From the NCBI GenBank assembly GCA_950070535.1, contig CATMLK010000020.1:461-64460 (forward strand): 64,000 bases of DNA, given 5' to 3'. Source of the stretch: an uncultured Bacteriovoracaceae bacterium (lineage in GTDB: Bacteria; Bdellovibrionota; Bacteriovoracia; Bacteriovoracales; Bacteriovoracaceae). Below the pieces are notes generated by a model. It was given only the letters and a program-made list of their open reading frames with translations. It did not search any database and was not told the origin of the DNA. The position numbers were made by a program, and so were the translations under genes. Shown here in pieces: positions 55,401-63,822 of this stretch (positions are counted from its first letter, which is position 1; each line of letters begins with the position of its first letter).

Positions 55401-55657
55401 TGTTTCTCCGCATCCACTTTTGCCAGAAGCTCCAATATGGTATTTTCTATCCTAAATTGTTCTTTTGATCTCGAGTGCCTAAGGCCTGCATAAGCTAATC
55501 TATGAAGAGTTATTCCTGCCTGTAGGTTTAAGAACGTTTGAAGTTTCTCCCCCTCAATGTCCCCACCCTCTAGCATTTTGGTTAGAGAATTTTCACAGGT
55601 ATTAGCCTGGGTTAGAAAACTCGTGAGTAAAAGAATTATGGCCAAGATTTTTTTCAT
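52412..55657 (-). CDS. large secreted protein (1081 aa) with C-terminal lytic-transglycosylase (SLT)-like domain
   Basis: Signal peptide MKKILAIILLLTSFLTQA. The C-terminal motifs GIMGTESSFG, SRGMTQIKN and DDPRNAAIATMYAL follow the order of SLT family motifs I-III. Confidence 0.6.
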   Translation of the reverse strand: MKKILAIILLLTSFLTQANTCENSLTKMLEGGDIEGEKLQTFLNLQAGITLHRLAYAGLRHSRSKEQFRIENTILELLAKVDAEKQKDPAFREVSELFNHPENKLSRTALSKVLPHIKDIINEQAGEQSAFKKKFFNIGLSDVRMLAILAEKEREVDGEYIHSQFTDRAYDQSILNFTKIINSSVRNSKTNDMEHMLNTMEQRLDELNRKALDLLVNMGLPAECVSLLHACVVRDDKKVVIEESFLNLIGKVIEDSNTINLHDQLRYNDVWLHINSKVAGTPAGDEVIKEIKAKANANANAKKELLSAPTPYIIGEKSDEEIVDEYLAQKVLDNVPYFFTKEELLKNKNFTRALAKAIDGGILNKKGKDRSFVYAGKEYYLPEIWNSEYSLPRGIGGRAGKNLSKRWHRLFRFDDDVDTSHIPEEDRDNFLTTLNDQLKDHDHSFSFEFKDKLYDIKTGKPIKKGLEYFLTKFGSKEVEEVENSEPTDIAKLADEIKKGNHSFVQKGKVYHISGEPVSLELESKRARKVALATDAGSEDEKLEFPNEDELDKLNDKFPTLTLKLLADRKRADLINGKVFDLYKGRSLTDSEAFQVVSNYRQNLGVRGKKGQIQEPKEQVLNDAVSILSYGKTKIDLDGWRPHHKLLEKKNNFNTLSNKDKVVQHFSENNKACPVVGIVDKEQASFELVKIDGEKPLTIYSTPIKLGAQLGDEKTVMYSPEKYNNKTGAGIFSLNSISKEEITLVNPRDPNLLSTLKIEASHDLDDILSNPRSTNGEIGITKKDLDSLRDYLKPDCQLAVLPETDDVEFKLVEDQLKLMPKKMSEFSLDGVDGKKSVNDYEFSPAKKLSFKPITISLIDDEFKSKNTEKFLKALEDEKRFIMEDTGLTNDQYNELAKLAFGIMGTESSFGEGDSNMGLNLYKFKESNFGQAVVSYLKSDLNMKAGLFMAPQLSGTIGLMMKEKHKIRNSRGMTQIKNVRRFFNYRAPGSDGSERYPEINWDSLDDPRNAAIATMYALAHKYEAFSELKDGHSAITDENEYDYLYYLYTGSPGQISEGSATPEHSSKIMETNSYANKVVIMTK
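54755..54775 (-). repeat. short coding hexanucleotide repeat (AGCATT)3.5 encoding ANANANA
   Basis: agcatt agcatt agcatt agc read directly on the plus strand, inside the 1081-aa ORF. Confidence 0.9.
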
Positions 55658-55750
55658 ATATAAGTATCGGCATATAAGCCAATTACTTGACCAACAAGAT
55701 CAAAAAAGTCCAAGTGTTTGAATTTACGACATTAAGCTAGGAAAGATGAT

Positions 55751-56380
55751 TTATTTTTTTCTTCTGGCGTTTTGAAAACATTCATAGAAAGTTTTACAAG
55801 TGTTCTTAACAACACCAAGATCTTTAATTTGATTTATAAGCGGGTCACTATCTGGAGCACTCACCCTCCTCAACTTTTCTGAATTCATAAGTTTTCCAGA
55901 CTCTCTTTCAATGGTACTTATAACAATTGGGATCTTATTACCGGAAAATAAGATATCTATACCAATTGTTTTTCCAAGATAGGTTTGAAGGTAATTTGAA
56001 ATTGAGTACTTACCATCAATATATTTTAAGGTTTTTTCATCTAATGAAGAGACACAAAATTGGCTCACCAATTTTTCAGAGCTTTTTTCAATAACTAGGG
56101 AGCAGCCAAGTTTTTTATCCAATCCATTGGCCTTAGTTTGTTTGATTTTCTCTTTTGGAAGGACTTCAGCAATATAACTATCCTTAAAGAAAAAGCTTTT
56201 ATCCAATTTCTTGGAATAGAAAACGTCAAATGAGCCCATTTTCATGACAAAACCTTCGGGAGAGAAAACCATCTCTTTGTCGAATTTCTTATTTATGCCT
56301 TCATATTCGAATTTAATGATTTGGGCGCTGAGTGAGAATGACAGAAAGAATAGGAGAGCAAAAACTGAAAAATTAATCAC
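55751..56380 (-). CDS. hypothetical secreted protein
   Basis: Signal peptide MINFSVFALLFFLSFSLSAQ. 209 aa. Confidence 0.5.
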   Translation of the reverse strand: MINFSVFALLFFLSFSLSAQIIKFEYEGINKKFDKEMVFSPEGFVMKMGSFDVFYSKKLDKSFFFKDSYIAEVLPKEKIKQTKANGLDKKLGCSLVIEKSSEKLVSQFCVSSLDEKTLKYIDGKYSISNYLQTYLGKTIGIDILFSGNKIPIVISTIERESGKLMNSEKLRRVSAPDSDPLINQIKDLGVVKNTCKTFYECFQNARRKK

Positions 56381-56447
56381 ATTTTCCTCCAGAAAGTTCG
56401 CCTACTTATAGGTGGCCTACCGTCTTATAACGGCAGGCCATGTATGA

Positions 56448-58676
56448 TTACATTAGTGAGTCTATTATACCATTAAATGTGGAACTTGGCCTCATGGCCT
56501 TGGTAACAAGTTCTTCATTCGGGTGGTAGTAACCTCCCATATCAACTTTTACACCTTGAGCATCGTTTAATTCTTTTACAATACTCTGTTCATTGTTTGA
56601 CAGGTCCGTATACACCTTTGTGAACTTTTCTTTAAGTTGCTGATCTTCATCCTGTTCGGCCAGAGCTTTTGCCCAATATAGTGCCAAGTAGAAGTGGCTG
56701 CCTCTATTATCAAGTTCATTAACTTTTCTTGATGGAGACTTGTCGTTTTTAAGAAAGTCACTGTTTGCCTTATCTAGTGCTCTAGCGATAGTAACAGCCT
56801 TTGCGTTTCCTTCTTTCTCACCAAGCTCTTCAATTGAAACTTGAAGTGCCAAGAACTCTCCTAAGGAGTCCCAACGGAGGTGGTTCTCTTCAGCAAACTG
56901 TTGAACGTGCTTAGGAGCTGAACCGCCAGCACCAGTCTCGTAAAGTCCCCCACCTGCTAGAAGAGGAACAATAGAAAGCATTTTTGCACTTGTGCCAAGT
57001 TCTAGAATTGGGAAAAGGTCAGTGAGGTAATCTCTTAACACATTTCCAGTAACAGAAATCGTGTCCTTTCCGGCCTTCACTCTATTAAGAGTGTATTTAG
57101 TGGCCTCCACAGGAGCAAGGATTTTAATCTCTAAACCAGTGGTATCGTGATCTTTAAGGTAAGTGTTTACTTTCTTAATCAGACTTGCATCATGTGCTCT
57201 GTTTTCATCCAACCAGAAAACTGCTGGTTGACCTGTGGCCTTAGCTCTAGACACACCAAGCTTTACCCAGTCACGAATAGCAACGTCTTTAGTTTGGCAC
57301 ATTCTCCAGATGTCGCCGGCCTCAACTTCGTGTTCAAAGATAACATTATTGTCTTGATCCTTTACTCTTACAGTTCCAGCTTCTTGCATCTGGAAAGTCT
57401 TGTCATGAGATCCGTACTCTTCCGCCTTCTTTGCCATTAGACCAACGTTTGATACGTTACCCATGGTTTTAACGTCAAAAGCTCCATTTTCTTTACAAAA
57501 TTCAATTGTAGCATCGTATACACCGGCGAATGAGCGATCAGGAATAACAGCTTTTGTGTCGTATGCCTTGCCATCCGCTGCCCACATTTTTCCTGAGGTC
57601 TTAATCATCGCAGGCATAGAAGCGTCAATGATTACATCACTTGGGACATGTAGGTTTGTGATCCCTTTGTCAGAGTCAACCATGGCAAGTCTTGGCCCTT
57701 TTTCATATGCCTCATTAATATCTTTTAACACCTCTTCTTTCTTAGAGGCGTCGGCCTCATCTAATTTTGCCAATAAAGAACCAAGTCCATTATTTGGATT
57801 AACTCCAAGTTCTTTGAACAATTCGCCATGCTTTGCAAACACATCTTTAAAGTATGCTTTAACAGCATATCCAAACATAATTGGATCACTTACTTTCATC
57901 ATTGTTGCTTTAAGGTGAATTGAGAACAAGTTATTCTCTTCTTTTGCTTTTTTAACCTCTTCCTCAAGAAAAGATAGAAGCTTAGTCGAGTTCATTCTTG
58001 AAGCGTCAATTACTTCAGACTCAAGAACCTTGAGTCCTTCTTTAAGAACCTTTTTCTCTGCATTTTTTGATTCAAACTCAATAGTAAGCTCTGAATCTTT
58101 TATCATTGTGTGAGACTTCTCATTTCCGTAGAAGTCATCTCCACTCATATGAGCAACGTGTGAAGTTGAGTCCTTTGACCACTCACCTAGTCTGTGGGGG
58201 TTATCCTTTGCATACTGCTTAACAGGAGCTGCCACTCTTCTGTCTGAGTTGCCTTCTCTTAATACAGGGTTAACTGCAGAGCCCAAAACCTTGGCATATC
58301 TTAATACAATATCTTTTTCTTCATCAGTCTGAGGATTCTCTGGGTAAGATGGAACTTTAAAACCTTGATCTTGTAACTCTTTGATCGCTGCATTCAGTTG
58401 CGGGATGGAAGCAGAAATATTTGGAAGCTTAATAATATTTGCCTCAGGCTTTTTAGCAAGATCTCCTAAAAGAGTTAGAGCATCTTCTACTCTCTGATCT
58501 TCAGGAAGATAATCATTTAAGTTGGCAAGAATTCTGCCGGCCAGTGAAATATCCTTTAGCTCCATTTCAATTCCGGCCTGAGTGGTAAAGGCCTTAACAA
58601 TTGGTAAAAAGCTTTGAGTCGCCAAAGCTGGCGCTTCGTCAGTCTTGGTGTAAATAATTTTAGATTTGGAAGTCAT
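56448..58676 (-). CDS. icd: monomeric NADP-dependent isocitrate dehydrogenase
   Basis: 742 aa. N-terminus [22 protein letters not shown] is typical of monomeric IDH. Confidence 0.95.
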   Translation of the reverse strand: MTSKSKIIYTKTDEAPALATQSFLPIVKAFTTQAGIEMELKDISLAGRILANLNDYLPEDQRVEDALTLLGDLAKKPEANIIKLPNISASIPQLNAAIKELQDQGFKVPSYPENPQTDEEKDIVLRYAKVLGSAVNPVLREGNSDRRVAAPVKQYAKDNPHRLGEWSKDSTSHVAHMSGDDFYGNEKSHTMIKDSELTIEFESKNAEKKVLKEGLKVLESEVIDASRMNSTKLLSFLEEEVKKAKEENNLFSIHLKATMMKVSDPIMFGYAVKAYFKDVFAKHGELFKELGVNPNNGLGSLLAKLDEADASKKEEVLKDINEAYEKGPRLAMVDSDKGITNLHVPSDVIIDASMPAMIKTSGKMWAADGKAYDTKAVIPDRSFAGVYDATIEFCKENGAFDVKTMGNVSNVGLMAKKAEEYGSHDKTFQMQEAGTVRVKDQDNNVIFEHEVEAGDIWRMCQTKDVAIRDWVKLGVSRAKATGQPAVFWLDENRAHDASLIKKVNTYLKDHDTTGLEIKILAPVEATKYTLNRVKAGKDTISVTGNVLRDYLTDLFPILELGTSAKMLSIVPLLAGGGLYETGAGGSAPKHVQQFAEENHLRWDSLGEFLALQVSIEELGEKEGNAKAVTIARALDKANSDFLKNDKSPSRKVNELDNRGSHFYLALYWAKALAEQDEDQQLKEKFTKVYTDLSNNEQSIVKELNDAQGVKVDMGGYYHPNEELVTKAMRPSSTFNGIIDSLM

Positions 58677-58884
58677 TTACGATCCTTGTTTTATAGGTGT
58701 GAATTAGTAGTTAAATACCGGCCTATCATATAGCAATTAAAGGGGTTTTTAAAGCATTACAAATAAAGACTAGTGCTTGCGCAATCAAAAACTTCTCCAA
58801 ACCTATGCAGTGCAACAATAAAAAACGTCCTTATTTGCCGTCCCTGTATTATTTATCACCGCAATTGCTATTCACATTTTAAAG

Positions 58885-59772
58885 GTGTTAACACCAAATT
58901 GGGGAAAATCTAAGGGGAATATTTTGGGGAAACTATTCGGAACACTTACCTTACTAGCCACTTGTACGATGGCAGGTCAAATAGGTAGTGAATATCATAA
59001 AGCTAAGTACAAATATGTCTATAGACAGAATTCACAGGCCTTTGATGAGCTAATAGAGAATACTATTTTAATCAACGTTAAAGGCCATGACTCAAAGTAT
59101 AGTCGAGGAACGGGATTCTATATTGGAATCCACAATAATAAACACATCTTTGTAACAAACCACCATGTTATGAGTAATGAAGAATGTGCAGAAAGCACAA
59201 TAACCTATCTAAACTCATCAGGGACAACTTCTAAAGCATACTGTAGTGAAGTATTACTCTCCTACTTCAAGGAAAATAACTCAGACATCACAGTCTTCTC
59301 AATTGAGGCCAACGACCTATACTATTTTGCAGGCAAAGGCCTTGGCATAGATTGGGATTTTGAACTTAAACCAAAGATTGAACTTGCTACGGCCGGCTTT
59401 GGCCTGAAGCTAAGAAGAGTGGGTCGCAGAGATAATCAATACTTGCTAAGAAAGTTTGATATGAAGCTTAACTTTGACTCTGATTGCGTAACCTTAAATG
59501 ATAAAGTCTATTATGTGACTAATTTTAATGTCGCAAATAGTATTCTCATTGGATGTGATGCAATTGGCGGTGACTCAGGTTCTGCCGTAATTGAACGTGC
59601 AAGTGGAAAAGTTATTGGTCTAATTTGGGGAAGCTCCGCTAAGGCATCCATCTCCTCAACAGATCTATGGAATATGATTGGTACATCGGCTCCAGAGCTT
59701 TTCAGCAATTCTACAAGAGCCATTCTTCTTAAGGGCCTAAAGAAAGACTTCAATGCCTTAGGCATACATTAA
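58885..59772 (+). CDS. trypsin-like (S1 family) serine protease, exported
   Basis: Catalytic His context FVTNHHV and Ser context GGDSGSAVI. Hydrophobic N-terminus with Cys (LTLLATC). Start uncertain (GTG 58885 or a downstream TTG). Confidence 0.8.
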   Translation: MLTPNWGKSKGNILGKLFGTLTLLATCTMAGQIGSEYHKAKYKYVYRQNSQAFDELIENTILINVKGHDSKYSRGTGFYIGIHNNKHIFVTNHHVMSNEECAESTITYLNSSGTTSKAYCSEVLLSYFKENNSDITVFSIEANDLYYFAGKGLGIDWDFELKPKIELATAGFGLKLRRVGRRDNQYLLRKFDMKLNFDSDCVTLNDKVYYVTNFNVANSILIGCDAIGGDSGSAVIERASGKVIGLIWGSSAKASISSTDLWNMIGTSAPELFSNSTRAILLKGLKKDFNALGIH

Positions 59773-59782
59773 GACCATAAAA

Positions 59783-59806
59783 AAAGGCTCCCGTGGGAGC
59801 CTTTCT
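59783..59806. terminator. bidirectional terminator between the convergent protease (+) and E2 (-) genes
   Basis: AAAAAGGCTCC cgtg GGAGCCTTTCTTTT. Confidence 0.65.
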
Positions 59807-59826
59807 TTTATTCAATCTAATGATTT

Positions 59827-61113
59827 TTAAAACAATGCTTCTGGATCCATAGTCTGAAGTGTGTTTGTAACATGCTTCAAGAATTTGGAACCCAACTCGC
59901 CATCGATCAATCTATGATCAAAAGTGTGTGTCGCATACATGATATCTCTTATAGCGATGGCCAAGTCGTCAGTAACAACAGGTGTCTTCTTAATTGTTCC
60001 TACGCAGAAGATTCCGACTTGTGGTTGAAGAATAACAGGTGTTGCAGCAATAACGCCAAATGAACCGTTATTAGTGAAAGTGTAAGTCCCTCCACTCATG
60101 TCATCCATAGTCAGTTTCTTGTTTCTTGCCTTAATTACAAGATTGTTAAGAGCTCTAGCAATTCCAGTGATGTTTAGATTGTCGGCACCTTTAATTACAG
60201 GAACAACAAGGCCGCTTCCTGGTACAGCAACAGCACAACCAAGGTTGATGTCCTTTTTAAGAACAATGTTGTCACCATCAATAGAAGCATTCACATAAGG
60301 GAACTCTTTCAAGGCTTGAACAAGAGCGTACAAGATAAAGTGAGTGTAAGTTAAAGAGAAGCCTTCTTGCTTTTTAAACTCATGCTTAAACCCTTCTCTA
60401 AACTTAACTAGATTTGTCATGTCAACTTGGTCAATAGAATTAACATGTGGGCTTGTTAGTTTAGAGTTTTGCATGTTTCTAGCAATGGCCTTTCTCATGT
60501 TGTCCATTGGAACAATCTCAACTCTCTCGCCTTCAGTGAAAGCGGGAACAGAAGGAGTTGGAGCACTTGGAGTAGCGGCAGGTTTGCTTGCTCCCCCAGA
60601 CTTTCTATTCTCAAGAAAATTCATAAAGTCATCTTTATTAACTCTTCCGCCAGCTCCTGAGCCACTTATATTTTCAAGTTCACTCAGCGCTACGTTATTT
60701 TCTTCAGCAAGTTTCTTCACTAATGGAGTGTAGAACCTTCTTGATCCGTCACTTGAAGAGCTCTTTGCGTGAACAGGCTCACTTGCAGGTGCGCCTTTAT
60801 CTTCACTAGCTTCAACCTTCTCTTCCTTCTTTTCTGTCGAGGATCCCCCACCAGAACTTGGAGTGGCATTTGGATCATCATCGATGTAAGCAATAGGCTT
60901 GCCAACGTCTACAGTGTCACCCTCTTCGAAAAGAAGCTCAACAACTACACCTTCCATTGGAGAAGGGATTTCCGATTCAACTTTGTCCGTTGAGATCTCT
61001 AATAAGATCTCATCAATTTCAATTTTATCACCCGGTTGTTTATTCCATTTTGTGATGGTTCCGGTGGTGATTGACTCACCCATTTGTGGCATAACAACTT
61101 CAGTACGTGCCAT
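59827..61113 (-). CDS. 2-oxo acid dehydrogenase E2 component (dihydrolipoamide acyltransferase)
   Basis: Lipoyl domain EISTDKVESEIPSP, subunit-binding domain TPLVKKLAEENNVALS...GSGAGGRVNKDDF, and catalytic FDHRLIDG. Confidence 0.9.
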   Translation of the reverse strand: MARTEVVMPQMGESITTGTITKWNKQPGDKIEIDEILLEISTDKVESEIPSPMEGVVVELLFEEGDTVDVGKPIAYIDDDPNATPSSGGGSSTEKKEEKVEASEDKGAPASEPVHAKSSSSDGSRRFYTPLVKKLAEENNVALSELENISGSGAGGRVNKDDFMNFLENRKSGGASKPAATPSAPTPSVPAFTEGERVEIVPMDNMRKAIARNMQNSKLTSPHVNSIDQVDMTNLVKFREGFKHEFKKQEGFSLTYTHFILYALVQALKEFPYVNASIDGDNIVLKKDINLGCAVAVPGSGLVVPVIKGADNLNITGIARALNNLVIKARNKKLTMDDMSGGTYTFTNNGSFGVIAATPVILQPQVGIFCVGTIKKTPVVTDDLAIAIRDIMYATHTFDHRLIDGELGSKFLKHVTNTLQTMDPEALF

Positions 61114-61174
61114 AATATCTTCTCCTGTTTATTTTCTTATCATTTTACCTGTTTATTAAAAAAACTAAACAAGG

Positions 61175-62560
61175 TTAAAAGTTCAGTGCTCTACCTTTTG
61201 CGGCCATAACCGACTCAGCCAACCACTCGCCCAATGTTGGGTGTGGGTGTACTGTGGCAAAAATTTCCTCATCAATACCTTCCATTGTTCTAAATAGAGC
61301 GTACTCATGAATTAGTTCAGTTGCCTGCGCTCCAACAATGTGAGCTCCAAGCATTTCACCATGCTCGCCAATCAATGTTTTAACAAACCCACTAGTTTCA
61401 TTGCTGGCAATGGCCTTTCCATTCGCTGAGAAAGGAAGGTTTCCTACAGTATATTTAATCCCCTTCTCTTTCAAAGCTCTTTCAGTGTAACCAACACTTG
61501 CAACTTGAGGCTGACAGTAGGTACATCCTGGGATGTTCATCTTATCAAGTGCGTGTGGCTTCTTGCCTGAAAGGTGCTCGGCGGCAATCACTCCCTCATG
61601 ACTTGCAGCATGTGCAAGTAGAGGTGGTCCTGCAACATCGCCAATTGCATAGATGCCTTTGACATTTGTCTGGTACATCTCGTCTACGGCCACAAAACCA
61701 CGATCGGTTTTTACACCAATCTTTTCTAGGCCAAAGCCTTCAAGGTTTCCAACCATTCCAACTGCGATCAAGGCCTTGTCAAACTTAAACTTTTCTTCTT
61801 TGCCTTTGATCTTGGCCGTAATAGTTACGTCGCTGCCGTTATTTTTAGCACTTACGCTCTCAACGCCAAGGCTCATCTTAACACCATATTTCTTGTAGGC
61901 CTTCTCAACTTCCTTAGACGAAGCTTCATCTTCAATTGGAAGAAGGTTTTTTTGAAGTTCAAAAATATGAACGTCTACACCAAAAGCATTCCAAAAATAT
62001 GCAAACTCTACACCGATAGCACCTGCACCGATGATTCCAATACTCTTTGGTAGCTCTTCCATCTTAATCGCTTCCCAAGCACCAATAAGTCTTTTCCCGT
62101 CGTGTTCAAGACCAGGGAAAGTTCTATACTTAGCACCAGTTGCAATTATGCAGTTTGTGAACTCAAGCTTCTCGCTTTTCTTTCCTTTAACTTCAATCGT
62201 GTTTTTAGAAGTAAAAACACCTTCTCCATCAAAAACTTCTATTTTATTTTTCTTCATTAAATATCCAACACCGCTGGATATTTTTTTGGAGATCTTCGTC
62301 GCTCTTTTTACGGCCTGAGCACCGTCAAGACCTTTCAGCTCCACATCGATACCAAGGTCTTTAAAATCGGCTAACTCATGTGCTGAGTGCGCTGACTTTA
62401 AAACTGCTTTTGTTGGAATACATCCCTTATTAAGACAAACGCCTCCCAAGTGTTCCTTTTCAACGATTGCTACTTTCTTACCTAACTGGCTAGCGCGAAT
62501 AGCTGCAACATATCCACCAGGTCCGGCACCTAGAACGACAACATCAAACTTTTTGGCCAT
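61175..62560 (-). CDS. lpdA: dihydrolipoyl dehydrogenase (E3)
   Basis: FAD motif VVLGAGPGGYVAA, redox-active GGVCLNKGCIPTK, and C-terminal HPHPTLGE. Confidence 0.95.
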   Translation of the reverse strand: MAKKFDVVVLGAGPGGYVAAIRASQLGKKVAIVEKEHLGGVCLNKGCIPTKAVLKSAHSAHELADFKDLGIDVELKGLDGAQAVKRATKISKKISSGVGYLMKKNKIEVFDGEGVFTSKNTIEVKGKKSEKLEFTNCIIATGAKYRTFPGLEHDGKRLIGAWEAIKMEELPKSIGIIGAGAIGVEFAYFWNAFGVDVHIFELQKNLLPIEDEASSKEVEKAYKKYGVKMSLGVESVSAKNNGSDVTITAKIKGKEEKFKFDKALIAVGMVGNLEGFGLEKIGVKTDRGFVAVDEMYQTNVKGIYAIGDVAGPPLLAHAASHEGVIAAEHLSGKKPHALDKMNIPGCTYCQPQVASVGYTERALKEKGIKYTVGNLPFSANGKAIASNETSGFVKTLIGEHGEMLGAHIVGAQATELIHEYALFRTMEGIDEEIFATVHPHPTLGEWLAESVMAAKGRALNF

Positions 62561-62658
62561 AATTTTAACCTTTTGCGTTATTAATTTAAAAATTGTATAG
62601 AAGATTTAGAATTTTCCCTTGCTTATGTCAACTTTCAGCCTTTAAGTCCTGAAAATTT

Positions 62659-63612
62659 ATGCTAATAACAAGGCAAATATTTTATAAAGCAACGGTGGAC
62701 ATGAACTCCAAACGACCAAATTCTTTAATCGAAATCACTACCCTAGACAAAGAAAGGCTTCTTAGTGCCTTTCCAAAGGGTGTTGTGGCCTTTGATCTGG
62801 AAATGACTGGACTATCAGCAGTTGTTGACAAGGTAATTGAGATTGCGGCTATCAAGATTGACGCAGATCAAACTATATCCACCTTCCATGAACTCGTGAA
62901 TCCACTAATTAAGATACCCGAGCAAACAATTCAATATCACAATATTACTAACGAAATGGTTAGGGATAGGCCGACTTTGAAAAAACCTCTTCAGGATTTT
63001 CACAAGTTTTATGGCAATCTTCCACTCATCGCACATAATGCTTTATTCGATGCAAGTTTTATAATCAAGGGCCTACATGAGCATAATCTAGACTTTTCAA
63101 GAAGCGACATATTTGACTCTTGCAAGATGTCACGTGCGGTTTATAAGAAAAGAAGAAAGGAAGAGTCACCTGAAAACTTCAGGCTCTCTACCCTTGCTCA
63201 ATTTTATGATCTCGACTTTACCCACCATCAAGCATTAGATGACGCAACAATAAGCTTAAAGGTCATGGCAAACTGCATCGGAGAGCTTCCCAGCGAAAAA
63301 AGGCCATCAAAAGTTAAAGAGTTAGGGTTTCTTTTTAAGCTCAATAGTTTTCAAAAAAGAGAAGAGTATATTCTTCCTAGAAAGTATCGCCCTATTGCAG
63401 ACTACGCCGCGTCTAAAACACTCATTGATATCGCTTATCAAGGTGGAAGCCTTAAAGGTCAATTTAGACCGGTAAGGCCTGTAGCAGTTCTTCCAATGCC
63501 TCAAGGCCTAGCACTTTATGCAGAATGTATAAATTCTAAAACTTATAAGTACTTCAAACTAAAAAAGATCAAGGATTTTAAAGTTACTGACAATAAAGAT
63601 GCTAAATGCTAA
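62659..63612 (+). CDS. DnaQ-like 3'-5' exonuclease fused to a WYL-like C-terminal domain
   Basis: ExoI VVAFDLEMTGL, ExoII AHNALFDASF, ExoIII HHQALDDA. C-terminus IAYQGGSLKGQFRPVRPVAVL...ALYAECINSKTYKYFKLKKIKDF follows the WYL pattern. An alternative start lies at 62701. Confidence 0.8.
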   Translation: MLITRQIFYKATVDMNSKRPNSLIEITTLDKERLLSAFPKGVVAFDLEMTGLSAVVDKVIEIAAIKIDADQTISTFHELVNPLIKIPEQTIQYHNITNEMVRDRPTLKKPLQDFHKFYGNLPLIAHNALFDASFIIKGLHEHNLDFSRSDIFDSCKMSRAVYKKRRKEESPENFRLSTLAQFYDLDFTHHQALDDATISLKVMANCIGELPSEKRPSKVKELGFLFKLNSFQKREEYILPRKYRPIADYAASKTLIDIAYQGGSLKGQFRPVRPVAVLPMPQGLALYAECINSKTYKYFKLKKIKDFKVTDNKDAKC

Positions 63613-63639
63613 TTCTAAAAGTCTCACAAGGAGTTAGAG

Positions 63640-63822
63640 TTGGATATCTTAAAAAAATCTGCAGTTATTGGCGCATACATTGGTCTTCTGTCTTGGATTT
63701 TATTTATTGCTTTCAAAACGACTACTCTGAACAATGAAAGCGTTCTATTAAACTACGCAATAATAACAGTTTTTGCTTTCATCCTTTTTAGGCTGAATAA
63801 AGAGCATTCTGGAAATGCTTGA
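63640..63822 (+). CDS. hypothetical small membrane protein (60 aa)
   Basis: TTG start 6 nt after AAGGAG. Two hydrophobic helices. Its stop overlaps the next ATG. Confidence 0.45.
   Translation: MDILKKSAVIGAYIGLLSWILFIAFKTTTLNNESVLLNYAIITVFAFILFRLNKEHSGNA

Noticed and set aside
56413-56440. Imperfect hairpin TGGCCTACCG/CGGCAGGCCA after icd, and hairpin GTTGCCAA/TTGGCAAC at 51278-51299 after the coiled-coil gene
   Set aside because: Both lack U-tracts and one has a mismatch. They may be weak terminators or stabilisers but are not confident enough to list as features.
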